Shown: positions 1 to 10,193 of the stretch, piece by piece
Layout of the letters: each line of letters begins with the position of its first letter
Numbering within the stretch: position 1 is the stretch's first letter
Assembly: GCA_963727625.1 (NCBI GenBank)
Contig: CAVSHR010000002.1
Coordinates: forward strand, 352,001-416,000
Source of the DNA: an uncultured delta proteobacterium
GTDB lineage: Bacteria > Desulfobacterota > Binatia > UBA9968
DNA length: 64,000 nucleotides
Direction: 5' to 3'
Made by a program: the position numbers and the translations under genes
Notes under the pieces: generated by a model
What the model saw: the letters and a program-made list of their open reading frames with translations, nothing else
The model's database searches: none
Told to the model about the DNA's origin: nothing

Positions 1-2
1 AA

Positions 3-551
3 GACGAGAATTTTCGCACCCGTTTTCAAGAAGTGGTCGGCAACGACATCGAACGAATGGACGATCTCCTGGAAGTGATGATCGAATTCGCCGATTTCGC
101 CCAACCCCGCTTGAGCAAGGTCGCGCTCGGCGAACCGCTCCGCACCGTGTTGACGGAACTCCACGGCGTATGCGCCAAGCGGCAGACCCGCTTCGAATGG
201 AAGGGTAACGGCGCCACGGAAGCGGTGCAGGCGGACGAATCGCAGCTCGGCTACATCTTGAAAAATGTCATGCTGATGGCTCTTTCTGAGGCCAGAATGG
301 GCAGTGAGATCGAGATCGACGTTTCGACACGGGGCGCCCTGGTAATCCGCTATCTGCGCGAAAGCGCGCGGGTGGCGTCGATCTCGCAATACCTGAACGA
401 AGTCGGATCGGGGATGAAGGAGGGCATTCTTCCGCTGCGCGTGTTGCTGGCGAAGTATCTATTGGAAAGAAACGGTGGGCGCTTCGCGATCGATGCGTCC
501 GACCGCGAGAAAGAAACCCTGAGAATGGAGTTCCCGATTGCAGAGCGCTGA
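3..551 (+). CDS. Sensor histidine-kinase-like protein, C-terminal part (5' truncated by window edge; degenerate HATPase)
   Basis: Open frame from position 3. HisKA/HATPase-like segments (IERMDDLL..FADFAQP, QADESQLGYILKNV, LLERNGG). Precedes an NtrC-type regulator. Confidence 0.6.
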   Translation, partial: DENFRTRFQEVVGNDIERMDDLLEVMIEFADFAQPRLSKVALGEPLRTVLTELHGVCAKRQTRFEWKGNGATEAVQADESQLGYILKNVMLMALSEARMGSEIEIDVSTRGALVIRYLRESARVASISQYLNEVGSGMKEGILPLRVLLAKYLLERNGGRFAIDASDREKETLRMEFPIAER

Positions 552-564
552 AATAAAAAATGAC

Positions 565-1971
565 ATGAACCAGCCGCGGCTTTTGGTTGTCGATGACGAG
601 GTGGGGGTGCGGCAGTCCCTGCAAATGGTTTTCAACAAGAATTACGTTGTTTTCGAAGCGTCCTCCGCCGACGAGGCGATTCAAAAAACCACCGAAGAAA
701 AACCAGACGTCGTTCTATTGGACATCATGATGCCCGGCACCGACGGTCTCGCCGTGCTAAGACACATCAAGTCCATGCATCCCGACTGCCAGGTGATCAT
801 GTTGACGGGTCTCAATACCGCACGTACGGCATTCGTCGCCAAGAGCACGGGCGCCTTCGACTACATTACCAAACCCTTCGATGTGGAAGAGCTGCGTCTC
901 AAAGTGGAGCACGCGCTCGAGAAAATTCTCTTGTCGCGCGAGCTGGAGCGGTTGAAAGAAGAAGTTGGCCGAAAGTACGGCATCGAGCATATTATCGGCA
1001 AATCAGAGCAAATCGTCGACGTGTTCAAGGCCGTGAGCATGGTGGCGGCGAAAAAAACCACAGTGCTCATTACCGGAGAAAGCGGCACGGGCAAGGAGCT
1101 GATCGCGCGGGCGGTTCATTTCAACAGCGATCGGCGCTCGAAGCCGTTCGTCGTGGTCAATTGCGCGGCCTTGCCGGACACGCTGATCGAGAGCGAGCTG
1201 TTCGGTTACGAGCGAGGGGCGTTCACCAACGCGTCGCAGAAAAAGATCGGGCGGTTCGAATTGGCCCATGGCGGCACGCTGTTTCTCGATGAGATCGGCG
1301 AGCTGAATCTTGGCACCCAGTCAAAATTTTTGCGCGCCGTCGAGCAGGAGACTTTCACCCGGCTCGGCGGCACCGATGAGATCAAGGTTGACGTTCGGGT
1401 CATCGCCGCTAGCAATCGGGACCTCGAACAAATGGCCAAGAATGGGGAGTTTCGCCCCGACCTGTTTTACCGGCTGAACGTTGTATCCCTATTTCTTCCG
1501 CCGCTGCGCGAGCGGCGCGACGATATCGCGCTGTTGCTCGATCATTTTTTGCGGCTGAAGGCCCAAGAACATTCCATCGCGACCAAAACCTTATCTTCCG
1601 AGGTGGTTGATTTTTTCACGTCCTACCCATGGCCGGGTAATGTTCGCGAGCTGGAAAATCTCATCGAGCGGCTCACCATTTTAACTCCCCACGAAACCGT
1701 CATGCTGCGCGACCTCCCGATTGGGATGCGCTCGACCGATCAAACCGCGACGCTCAAAGAAGACGTGTTGAACGGCTCGCGGCCCCTTAGCGATGCCGTG
1801 GACGAGTTCGAGCGCGAGCTGATCGTCAAAGCCTTGCAGCGGACTGGCTTCAATCAGACCAAAGCCGCATCGCTGCTCGGAACCAGCCGGCGCATCCTCA
1901 AGTATCGGATCGAAAAGCTAAAGATCAATGACCCCAATGATATCGAACCGGAAGTGAAATTATCGCCATAA
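565..1971 (+). CDS. Sigma54-dependent response regulator (NtrC/AtoC family: REC-AAA+-Fis HTH)
   Basis: LLVVDDE and DIMMP receiver; GESGTGKE Walker A; GAFTNA loop; LFLDEIGE; WPGNVRELEN; C-terminal NQTKAASLLG HTH. ATG at 565 preferred over TTG at 538. Confidence 0.95.
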   Translation: MNQPRLLVVDDEVGVRQSLQMVFNKNYVVFEASSADEAIQKTTEEKPDVVLLDIMMPGTDGLAVLRHIKSMHPDCQVIMLTGLNTARTAFVAKSTGAFDYITKPFDVEELRLKVEHALEKILLSRELERLKEEVGRKYGIEHIIGKSEQIVDVFKAVSMVAAKKTTVLITGESGTGKELIARAVHFNSDRRSKPFVVVNCAALPDTLIESELFGYERGAFTNASQKKIGRFELAHGGTLFLDEIGELNLGTQSKFLRAVEQETFTRLGGTDEIKVDVRVIAASNRDLEQMAKNGEFRPDLFYRLNVVSLFLPPLRERRDDIALLLDHFLRLKAQEHSIATKTLSSEVVDFFTSYPWPGNVRELENLIERLTILTPHETVMLRDLPIGMRSTDQTATLKEDVLNGSRPLSDAVDEFERELIVKALQRTGFNQTKAASLLGTSRRILKYRIEKLKINDPNDIEPEVKLSP

Positions 1972-2061
1972 CCGGACAAATTTGTGCTGCGGGTTCTCGC
2001 CGAACACCTCGTTTTATAAAATTCACATTTAATATTAATGGCTTGAGTCGACTCTGGCGGG

Positions 2062-2077
2062 TGGCATATTCCTTGCT
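2062..2077 (+). promoter_or_regulatory. Putative sigma54 (-24/-12) promoter
   Basis: TGGCATATTCCTTGCT = GG-N10-GC consensus, with an AT-rich tract upstream (2013-2040), directly downstream of an enhancer-binding protein gene. Confidence 0.6.
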
Positions 2078-2091
2078 CGACTTTGCTGCCC

Positions 2092-3213
2092 ATGGATACC
2101 ACCAAACCGAACATCTTAGTGGTAGATGACGAAATGGGCCCGCGAGAATCACTCAAGATGATTCTCAACCCCTATTACAACGTTTACACCGCCGACCGGG
2201 GCGCACAGGCGGTCGAGATGCTCAAACAGTTCCCGGTCGATCTAGTCACTTTAGATCTCAAGATGCCCGGATTTAGCGGTATCAATGTCCTGGAAAAGGT
2301 CAAACAGCATGACCCGGACATCGAGGCGATCATCATCACGGGATACGGCTCCTTGGACACCGCGATCGAAGGGCTGCGGCTCGGCGCCTTCGATTACATT
2401 TCCAAACCCTTTGACGTCAATCATATTCTAGCGCTGGTGCGCCGTGGCTTGGAACGACGCAATGCCAAGGCGCAACTTCGACAGGTCAAATCGGATTTTC
2501 TCTCCAATATTTCGCATGAATTGAGGACGCCGCTCAGCGTGGTTGTGGGCTTCGTATATCTGTTGCTCAATCAGGTGATCGGCAAGCTCACCGAGGACCA
2601 GCAAAAGGTTCTCGAAACCGTCTATCGCAACTCTGAAGAATTGCTCGAGTTGATTGACAACGTGTTGTGGATGACTTCGCTCAACGCCGGTGATGCGCAA
2701 GCCACGCTGGAAAAATTCGACGCTCGGGGTTTGGTCAACGAGACGGTGAAACGATTCGAAAAATCGATTCGCGAAAAAGGTTTGCGGCTTGATATCCAGA
2801 TGGCCGACGGAGACATATCGATTGTCAGCGACCGGGCCAAGGTCGAGCGGGTTTTTCATAACGTTTTTAACAACGCGGTCAAGTTCACATCCGAAGGCGA
2901 GATTACTGTAGCGGTGCACCCTTCCTCGCGCCGGGACAGCGTTGAATTTGAAGTCATCGATACCGGAATCGGTATTGACGAAAGCAAGATCGACTCGATT
3001 TTCGAGCCCTTTCACCAGGCCGATAACTCGACGCAGCGATCCTATTCGGGACTCGGGATCGGCCTTACCGTTGCGCGCAGAATGGCGGAGTTGGTGGGTG
3101 GCAAGATTGCTGTGCGCAGCAAGCCGGGCGTGGGAACACGGGTAACGATGGCGTTTCCGTGCCAAGCCTCTGCGGCAGTGCCGTTGGCCGTCGAACAGCG
3201 CAAGTATGGATGA
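2092..3213 (+). CDS. Hybrid response regulator/histidine kinase (REC-HisKA-HATPase)
   Basis: ILVVDDE, DLKMP; SHELRTPL H-box; NNAVKFT N-box; DTGIGI; GLGIGL. Confidence 0.93.
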   Translation: MDTTKPNILVVDDEMGPRESLKMILNPYYNVYTADRGAQAVEMLKQFPVDLVTLDLKMPGFSGINVLEKVKQHDPDIEAIIITGYGSLDTAIEGLRLGAFDYISKPFDVNHILALVRRGLERRNAKAQLRQVKSDFLSNISHELRTPLSVVVGFVYLLLNQVIGKLTEDQQKVLETVYRNSEELLELIDNVLWMTSLNAGDAQATLEKFDARGLVNETVKRFEKSIREKGLRLDIQMADGDISIVSDRAKVERVFHNVFNNAVKFTSEGEITVAVHPSSRRDSVEFEVIDTGIGIDESKIDSIFEPFHQADNSTQRSYSGLGIGLTVARRMAELVGGKIAVRSKPGVGTRVTMAFPCQASAAVPLAVEQRKYG

Positions 3214-3910
3214 TCATTGTTATATCTGGTGCCGCAACTGCGGCGCCGTTCATCACGTCAGCGCATTCGATCGCGAGCCGATTTACAGCTTTGCCGGTGG
3301 CGAAGTTGAAGAAATGCCCGCCAACGATTGGCGTGACTTCATGGACCGGCACGCGGGTCATCGCTTAGAGCCCCTGAAAGCCACCGGTGACGATTACTTT
3401 CCCGGCGGTAAAGCTTTTGACCCGATGAGCGCGGGATATATCGAGGTTAGCAACGGCACCGAGACCCTGCTGTTGCGCCGCAGCCGGTCAACGATTGAAG
3501 AGCCGTTCCATTATGAAATTGTCAACGGCCGTTTGGTTCAGACCGGCGTGAGCTTGGAAGTGCAAGAAGAGGCAATCCGCAAGGAGATGAAATTGCATTT
3601 CTGCTGGGCGCCGGGCGCGCCGCTCGCAGACGCAAAGATCGCGCGCTTTGTCGCTTTGTTTCGCGAAGTCGTTCGCGAGATTGATCCCGATGCGGTTTGC
3701 GAAAGCGGATATTCCGACGCGGATGACAACGTTGTCTACTGCCGACTTCACGTTGCGGTCATTGAAGCCTTGCTCGATCAATGCAGCCGCCACTTTCATC
3801 CGGCCGAATTGGTTTCATTGCGCCGCTTCATCGAGAGCCACCGCGACAGTGATGACGTGATGGCGTTGGTAAAACGGCGCGCTGTTTCAATCGAGCGGGT
3901 CGCTCACTAG
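3206..3910 (+). CDS. Hypothetical protein with N-terminal CxxC/His (possible Zn-binding)
   Basis: 234-aa ORF overlapping the upstream stop; CRNCGAVHH and RHAGH. Confidence 0.65.
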   Translation: MDDHCYIWCRNCGAVHHVSAFDREPIYSFAGGEVEEMPANDWRDFMDRHAGHRLEPLKATGDDYFPGGKAFDPMSAGYIEVSNGTETLLLRRSRSTIEEPFHYEIVNGRLVQTGVSLEVQEEAIRKEMKLHFCWAPGAPLADAKIARFVALFREVVREIDPDAVCESGYSDADDNVVYCRLHVAVIEALLDQCSRHFHPAELVSLRRFIESHRDSDDVMALVKRRAVSIERVAH

Positions 3911-4060
3911 CCTCGCGACCCATCTTTTATTCCGTTAAAGTTACACTAACTCGATTCAATGGGCGAGTCCTAGACTCGGTCTCGGTAAGCGATCGGACTG
4001 AGTAGTCATTCTCCCGGCTCGTTCTGCGACATCTGCAACGAACAAAGCCCGGGTGGCAAG

Positions 4061-4420
4061 TCATCGCCACGCGGGCTTTGGTGAATCGCTCACGAAAAAC
4101 CCAAAGTTAGAGATGCCTATGATTTCGGCGACCACGGAACGGATTTCTTCGTATTTCTTCAAGGTCGCTTCATTGTTGCCGAACTTGTCCATGTTTTCAT
4201 TGCCCTTTTGCCCCAAGTCGACAGCGCGGACAAATACAAAAGGATTTGCCGCGCCGACCATGGAAACTTCCAGCGCGTCCAAAGCGGGAAATTTTACCGC
4301 TTCTCTAACTTTTCCGGTGGGCAAGGGTTTACCAGCGACCGAACCGCCCGAACCGATGAAGTGGAACGTGCCATCGCTATGGAACTCGCGGTCCCTGACT
4401 TCAAACTCGGTTAGGATACC
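4061..4420 (-). pseudogene. PrpF/AcnD-accessory (DAP-epimerase-like isomerase) fragment
   Basis: Reads GSGGSVAGKPLPTGK...VSMVGAANPFVFVRAVDLG...YEEIRS, matching the PrpF internal motif. Both termini are missing. Confidence 0.6.
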
Positions 4421-4563
4421 TATCTAGGCAAATCGTTTTCCCGGAAAGAAAATCGGCTTGCTGCTTCCGCCCCGTAAATCGCACATGGAAATTTCATAGG
4501 GCTCCTGCGTCGTTGATGCGGCGCTCAACGTATAAACCTTTGCCACGGCTTTCAAACACTTGA

Positions 4564-5115
4564 TTAATGGGCTGCGTCGACTATCACTTCATCGGCTCGA
4601 TCGACTTCTTTTAGCTTCACTTGCACATTTTTGCCGGACGGTAGAGCGATTTTCTTGCCGACATAACTGGCGGCAATGGGCAGCTCCCGGCCGCCGCGGT
4701 CGATCATGACCGCGAGATGGATCATGCGCGGCCGCCCAAGGTCGATCAGATGGTCCACTGCGGCGCGCGCGGTCCGTCCGGTATTTAGCACGTCGTCGAA
4801 CAGCACGACTATCTTGTTGGCGATGTCGAAGGGAATCCGCGTGTGGTCGATGGTGCCGCCGGGCAAGAGCGAGTTCAGATCGTCGCGATATAACGTGATG
4901 TCCATTTCGCCGACTGGAATCTCTTTGCCGTGGCGCTTTTTGATCAGCTGTGCAAGGCGCTTGGCGAGATAAGGACCGCGCGTGCGCACGCCGATAAACA
5001 CCACCTGATCGAGATCGCCGTACTGGCGCGCCATCTCCCGGCTGAAACGCTCCAGTATCGCTTTGATTTGCATGGCGCTGAGAATCCGTTTTTTCTTGGC
5101 CTCAGAGTTTTTCAT
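4564..5115 (-). CDS. pyrR: Bifunctional pyrimidine regulator/uracil phosphoribosyltransferase PyrR
   Basis: GVRTRG, DITLYRDDL, DDVLNTGRTARAA, DRGGRELPI. Confidence 0.93.
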   Translation of the reverse strand: MKNSEAKKKRILSAMQIKAILERFSREMARQYGDLDQVVFIGVRTRGPYLAKRLAQLIKKRHGKEIPVGEMDITLYRDDLNSLLPGGTIDHTRIPFDIANKIVVLFDDVLNTGRTARAAVDHLIDLGRPRMIHLAVMIDRGGRELPIAASYVGKKIALPSGKNVQVKLKEVDRADEVIVDAAH

Positions 5116-6391
5116 TAGCCACTCGAATCATGGTCTCCATCAGCAATTGGGCGCCGAGGGCGATATCCGCGGAATCGGTCCACTCCAGCGGGTTATGACT
5201 GATGCCGCGCCGGCTCGGCACGAAGATCATTCCTGCTCGTGTGATCTTAGCCATCTGCATGGCGTCATGGCCGGCGCCCGACGGCATGATCTCATAGTCG
5301 ATCCCTTTCTCGTCGCACAGCCGCCTGCTCACACGCAGCAAGCGATCGTCCATCGGCACCGGGTCTTCCTCGCGGATTTTCAAGACTTCAACGGCTACAG
5401 CGCGCTGCCGGGCGATGGCCCGCGCTCGTTCTTTCACCAAGCGTGCCACGCGGTTCTTCGACTCAGCCGAGGTGCCGCGAATGTCGACAGCGAGCTCTGC
5501 TCGGCCCGGCACAGCATTAATGACCCCAGGTTCGAGCTTCATTGCCCCCACCGTGCCGACAACCCGGCCTTTGCTCATGGAAGAATTTTTCCGGCAGACT
5601 TGTTCGACATATTGGATCAATTGCGCCGCCGCGACCAGAGCATCCTTGCGCATTTCCATCGGCGTGGTTCCCGAGTGATCGGTGCGGCCTTTGAAAATCA
5701 CGCGGAAGCGGCTCGGCGCCGCGATCGATGTTACCAAACCGATTCTCTTTCGTTTCGCCTCGAGGATCGGACCCTGCTCGATATGGAGCTCCAAATAGGC
5801 CTTAAGACTTTCAGGGCTGCGCTTGAGGCCATGCAAGTTTCGTCGAAATATGCCGAGACCGGCGAGCACGTCCGCCAGCTTCGTGCCCTCGGGATCGACC
5901 GCGTTGGTCAAGTCTTTGGGGTGCACTTCGCCGGCGACCAGGCTGCTGCCCAAGGTTGAGAAGCCGAAACGACTCGACTCTTCACCGACGAAGCAGATCA
6001 CCTCGAGGGGCGAGCGCACGGCGATGTGATTCTCTTTGATCGTCCGCACCGCTTCGAGGGCGCCGATCACTCCGACCGGTCCGTCGTATTTGCCGCCGTG
6101 GATGACCGTGTCGAGATGCGAGCCGGAGGTGACCGCTGGCGCCCGCGGATTGTTGCCATCGAAACGGCCGAAGATGTTGCCGATCGCGTCGATGTGGATC
6201 TTGAGCCCAGCCTGGCGCATTAAGTGGATTAGCAGCTGGCGACTGCGCAGCTCTTTGATGGAAAAAACCAGGCGGGTAACCGATCCGCGATCACCGATGC
6301 CGATGCGCCCGATGGCGTTCAGGTCGTGCATCAGCCGCCGCTTGTTGATGGCGGTATATTTCGCTGCTGCGGGGTGCCGATCTGGCTTCAT
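5102..6391 (-). CDS. Zn-dependent M20 hydrolase (allantoate amidohydrolase / N-carbamoyl-amino-acid hydrolase family)
   Basis: GSHLDTV..GGKYDG, GEESSRF, ELHIEQGP, HSGTTPM, SGAGHDA, GISHNPLE. Confidence 0.92.
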   Translation of the reverse strand: MKPDRHPAAAKYTAINKRRLMHDLNAIGRIGIGDRGSVTRLVFSIKELRSRQLLIHLMRQAGLKIHIDAIGNIFGRFDGNNPRAPAVTSGSHLDTVIHGGKYDGPVGVIGALEAVRTIKENHIAVRSPLEVICFVGEESSRFGFSTLGSSLVAGEVHPKDLTNAVDPEGTKLADVLAGLGIFRRNLHGLKRSPESLKAYLELHIEQGPILEAKRKRIGLVTSIAAPSRFRVIFKGRTDHSGTTPMEMRKDALVAAAQLIQYVEQVCRKNSSMSKGRVVGTVGAMKLEPGVINAVPGRAELAVDIRGTSAESKNRVARLVKERARAIARQRAVAVEVLKIREEDPVPMDDRLLRVSRRLCDEKGIDYEIMPSGAGHDAMQMAKITRAGMIFVPSRRGISHNPLEWTDSADIALGAQLLMETMIRVANEKL

Positions 6392-6514
6392 TCCCGATTA
6401 TAATACCAGCTTCTCCGGGCGCTGAAAATCCGGTCTCCTGCCGGCGCACTTTATTGGAAAGGACGAACCGCTGTGTTATGACCTGCTCATCTCGTAGTTT
6501 GAAAGGTAGTTCCC

Positions 6515-7183
6515 ATGAGCGAAGTGTCCCAAAGAGTTGCCGAGATGCTGCTGTCCACTGAGTCCATTGCGGTTTACAAAGATAAGCCGTTCGTGTTTGT
6601 TTCCGGCCGCATCTCGCCGGTCTATATCGACTGCCGCAAGCTTTTGTCCTTTGCCGCCGAGCGCGAATATATCGTCACGGCGTTGGCCAACATGGCCGAG
6701 ACTGACATCGGTCTCGATAACATCGATGTCGTTGCCGGCGGTGAAACCGCCGGAATTCCCTATGCGTCTTTCGTCTCTCACCTGATTAAGAAATCGATGA
6801 TTTATATCCGCAAACAGCCAAAAGGGTACGGCGGCACCAAACAGATCGAAGGGATTCTAGAGCCGGGCAAGCGGGTGTTGCTCGTTGAAGACCTGATTAC
6901 CGACGGTCTAAGCAAGCTACGTTTCAACATCGGCATACGAGGGGCCGGCGCCAAGATGACCCACTGCCTCTGCGTGTTCGACTACGCGTCCGATCGACTA
7001 AACCAGCATGAAGGCCAGGTCAACCTGGCCAAGAACGATATCGCGCTCCACGTACTGGCCAATTGGGATGACGTTTTGGACACCGGTTTGAGTAAAAGTT
7101 ACTTCAGCGAAGAATCGAGCCGGCAAATTATCGAATTTCTCAAAGATCCGGAAAATTGGGGCCGGAAGATGGGCTTTGTTTAG
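6515..7183 (+). CDS. pyrE: Orotate phosphoribosyltransferase
   Basis: SGRISPVYIDCRKL, AGGETAGIP, IRKQPKGYG, LVEDLITDG. Confidence 0.9.
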   Translation: MSEVSQRVAEMLLSTESIAVYKDKPFVFVSGRISPVYIDCRKLLSFAAEREYIVTALANMAETDIGLDNIDVVAGGETAGIPYASFVSHLIKKSMIYIRKQPKGYGGTKQIEGILEPGKRVLLVEDLITDGLSKLRFNIGIRGAGAKMTHCLCVFDYASDRLNQHEGQVNLAKNDIALHVLANWDDVLDTGLSKSYFSEESSRQIIEFLKDPENWGRKMGFV

Positions 7184-7450
7184 CGGCGCAAGCGCGGATT
7201 TCGCTTTCCGTGTAAAGATACTACTCATAGATTCCCATCCAGTTCGCGATAGCCGCTGGTTAAATCCTTGAACGGGTTGTTTTTTCCGGAGACCGGCAAT
7301 TTCCCCGTGTAAAATTTATGCACGCGTCTCTGAATTCTTGGTGAGTTTTCTGTCGAGTCGGTGCACATGGGCATCCGTTCGCCTCGCCGACAATCTGATA
7401 GGCCTGTTTAAGTTTCCGTATTTCAACGCTAATTCAAACTCTCTCCGGCG

Positions 7451-7466
7451 CGGCATTGGTATTGCG
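7451..7466 (+). promoter_or_regulatory. Possible sigma54 promoter for the ABC transporter operon
   Basis: CGGCATTGGTATTGCG = GG-N10-GC, ~150 nt upstream of the ATG at 7614. Confidence 0.45.
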
Positions 7467-7613
7467 AATACCTAATACGATCGAAAAAACTGCCGTACTA
7501 TTCGCAAGCTCCGCCTCGCCGCATTCCTCTGCCAGCGGTTACTTGCGCCATCGTCGGCGCTGGAGAAACGTTTTGTCATCATTAATCAGGACCGACAGAA
7601 GGAGGAAACAGCC

Positions 7614-9188
7614 ATGAACCAACTGGACCGTCGCACCTTTTTAAAGGAATTAGGAATTTTGAGCGGCACTGCGCTCGGCTTGAGTGCTTTCGAGCCGCGC
7701 TGGGTTTACGCGGCTGGAGAGACGCTGCGCTACGGTGTCAATTCGCGAGATATTCGCCGGCTCGATCCCATGGCCGGGCCTAACTCCAATGACAAGACTG
7801 TGCTGGGGGCGATTTTCAACGGCTTGTTGCGGACGAAGCCAGGCGAGGTCAATGCCGAGCGGCTGCAGCCCGATCTGGCACTCAGTTGGGAGTCCTCAAA
7901 GGACCTCAAGACCTGGACTTTCAAGCTGCGCCAGGGCGTGGAGTTTCATCGCGGCTACGGCGAGTTCACTGCGGCCGACGTGGTGTTTTCTCTGGAGCGA
8001 GCCAAGGACAAAAAGACTAACGTGTATTACAAGAGCTACGCGCCTTTCGCCAAGATCGAAGCGTTGGACAAGTATACCTTGCGAGTTCATCTCAAGAGTC
8101 CGCAGACGGCGCTCTCTCTGTTGCCTACGGTGCTCGATTGGCAGGCCGGCATGGTGCTGAGCAAGAAGGCGGCCGAGAAACTCGGTGACAAGCTCAAAAC
8201 CACACCCATCGGGACCGGACCCTACGCGTTCAACGAGTATATTTCGCAGGAGCGGCTCGTCCTGGTGCGCAATGATAATTATTTTCGCGGCAAGCCGGGC
8301 TTTGAAAAAATTGAGTTCCGCATGCTGCCCGACCCGAGCAGCCGTACTCTGGCCTTCAAAGCGGGAGAGTTGGATGTCATGGACGTGGACCGCGAGCAGC
8401 GCGCCATCGATCAAGTGAAGGGCTCCGGGGTTGTCATCGAGTCGTTCGGACCGGCAAGCGTTCACGTGCTGCACATCGACCGCAACCGCAAGCCGTTGAA
8501 CGATCTCAGGGTGCGCCAAGCCATCGCCTATGCAATCAACCGCGACGACATCGTGCGGTTCATCGGCCAGGACGTCGCCGAGGCGCTCTATTCGGTCATC
8601 CCCGCGCAGTTCGTCGGCGGCCTCGACCCGGTGCCGGAAAAGCTCAAATATAACCATGACCCGGCGCGGGCCAAGAAGCTTCTGGCTGAAGCCGGTCTGC
8701 CGGACGGTTTTAGTATCGACCCGGTGTATATCAGCGAGCGGCCGCAGTTTCGTCGTCCCATGGAGATCATTCAAAACCAACTGGGTCAAGTCGGCATCAA
8801 AATCAATTTGAGCGTCATCGCTCATCCGGCGTGGCATACCAAGAACGACGAAGGCAGCAATCCGCTGGTGCTGCGCGCCGCTACCCGCTTCCCAACGGCG
8901 AATTTTATTCTCGAGGAGTTCTTCCTGGGCGGCGGCAAGCGCGATTTTTCCCATTTCTCCGCCGCCGATGCCGAGATTAAGCGTGCCCAGGCGGAAACCG
9001 ATCTTGAGATCCAAAAGAAACTCTGGCGCGAGGCGCAGATTAAGATTCTTGAGGACGTTGCGGCGGTCCCCACCCACATTCTCAATACGGTGGTTGCGCA
9101 CAAGGCCAAACTCGACTTGGGCTTCCCTAAGCTAGAGGCGTCGTTGAGCGGCGGCTTGCCGATCAAGTGGAATGCCCGACTGACCTAG
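7614..9188 (+). CDS. Peptide/nickel (family 5) ABC substrate-binding protein, Tat-exported
   Basis: Twin-arginine DRRTFLK; PDLALSWE..WTFKLRQGVEFH; PIGTGPY; RVRQAIAYAINR; RBS AGGAGG. Confidence 0.92.
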   Translation: MNQLDRRTFLKELGILSGTALGLSAFEPRWVYAAGETLRYGVNSRDIRRLDPMAGPNSNDKTVLGAIFNGLLRTKPGEVNAERLQPDLALSWESSKDLKTWTFKLRQGVEFHRGYGEFTAADVVFSLERAKDKKTNVYYKSYAPFAKIEALDKYTLRVHLKSPQTALSLLPTVLDWQAGMVLSKKAAEKLGDKLKTTPIGTGPYAFNEYISQERLVLVRNDNYFRGKPGFEKIEFRMLPDPSSRTLAFKAGELDVMDVDREQRAIDQVKGSGVVIESFGPASVHVLHIDRNRKPLNDLRVRQAIAYAINRDDIVRFIGQDVAEALYSVIPAQFVGGLDPVPEKLKYNHDPARAKKLLAEAGLPDGFSIDPVYISERPQFRRPMEIIQNQLGQVGIKINLSVIAHPAWHTKNDEGSNPLVLRAATRFPTANFILEEFFLGGGKRDFSHFSAADAEIKRAQAETDLEIQKKLWREAQIKILEDVAAVPTHILNTVVAHKAKLDLGFPKLEASLSGGLPIKWNARLT

Positions 9189-9240
9189 TGTGCAGGGTCA
9201 GTCATCGGGCTGAATTTCTGACAACGGGTGAAACCAGACC

Positions 9241-10183
9241 ATGCTGGCCTACTCTATCCGGCGCAGTCTGTGGGCGCTGCCCACGATGTTCGCGGTGTTG
9301 GTGTTCATCTTCGTGGTGATGCGGGTTTTGCCGGGCGATCCCGCCTACGCGATCCTCGGTGATGAAGCGCCGCCTGAAGCGCTCGACCAGTTTCGCCGCA
9401 ACTGGGGGCTCGACCGGCCCCTGCCGCAACAGTTTGCTATTTACATGAGCGGCTTGTTGACCGGCGACCTTGGGCTGTCGATGGCCAACCGCCAGCCGAT
9501 CTTGCCGCAGCTGCTGCGCGCCATGCCCTACACCTTGGACTTGACGATCGCCGGCTCGACCATCGGTTTGCTTTTAGGTATTCCCCTCGGCGTCTTTACG
9601 GCGCGCCATCGCAACAGCTCGGTTGACTATGTCGGCCGAATCGTCTCACTGGCAGGTCTGTCGGTGCCGTCGTTTTATCTGGGCATCCTGCTGATCTTTT
9701 TTCTGTCCTACAAGTATCAATGGTTTCCCGGTCATCGGCGGTGGCGATCTCAGCGATCCGTGGAGCCGATTGTATCACTTGATCCTGCCGGCCTTAAGCG
9801 TCGGCTTGTCGCAGACGGCGTACATCACGCGAATTACCCGGTCGTCATTTTTGGAGGTTGTCAATGCCGATTTCGTGCAGACGGCGCGAGCTAAGGGACT
9901 TAGCGAATGGCCGGTGATGTTCAAACACGCGCTGCGCAACGCGCTGGTGCCGGTCGTGTCGGTGGCCGGGATCTACGTGGGCATTTTGATCGGTAGCTCG
10001 ATCTTGGTGACGATTGTTTTCAACCGGCCCGGCCTCGGCAAATTGATGGTCGGCGCCATCAGCACCTACGACTACACGATGTTGCAATCGATCATGGCGT
10101 TCTACGCCGGCATCATCGTGATCGTAAATCTTTTGACCGACCTCGCCTACGGGCTGGTCGATCCGCGCATACGCTACAGTTGA
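9241..10183 (+). pseudogene. DppB-like ABC permease, split by a 1-nt frameshift at ~9727-9730
   Basis: N-half (LPGDPA, WGLDRPL) in one frame, C-half (HLILPAL, TARAKGL..KHALRNA, DPRIRY) in another. Removing one C from TTTCCCG gives WFPVIGGGDL. Could be a sequencing error. Confidence 0.8.
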
Positions 10184-10193
10184 TGTTGATGGG

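Noticed and set aside
7896-9101. Long antisense ORFs (also 50111-51415, 46258-47307, 51997-53112, 36698-37819, 34466-35398)
   Set aside because: Shadow frames of well-supported genes in GC-rich DNA.
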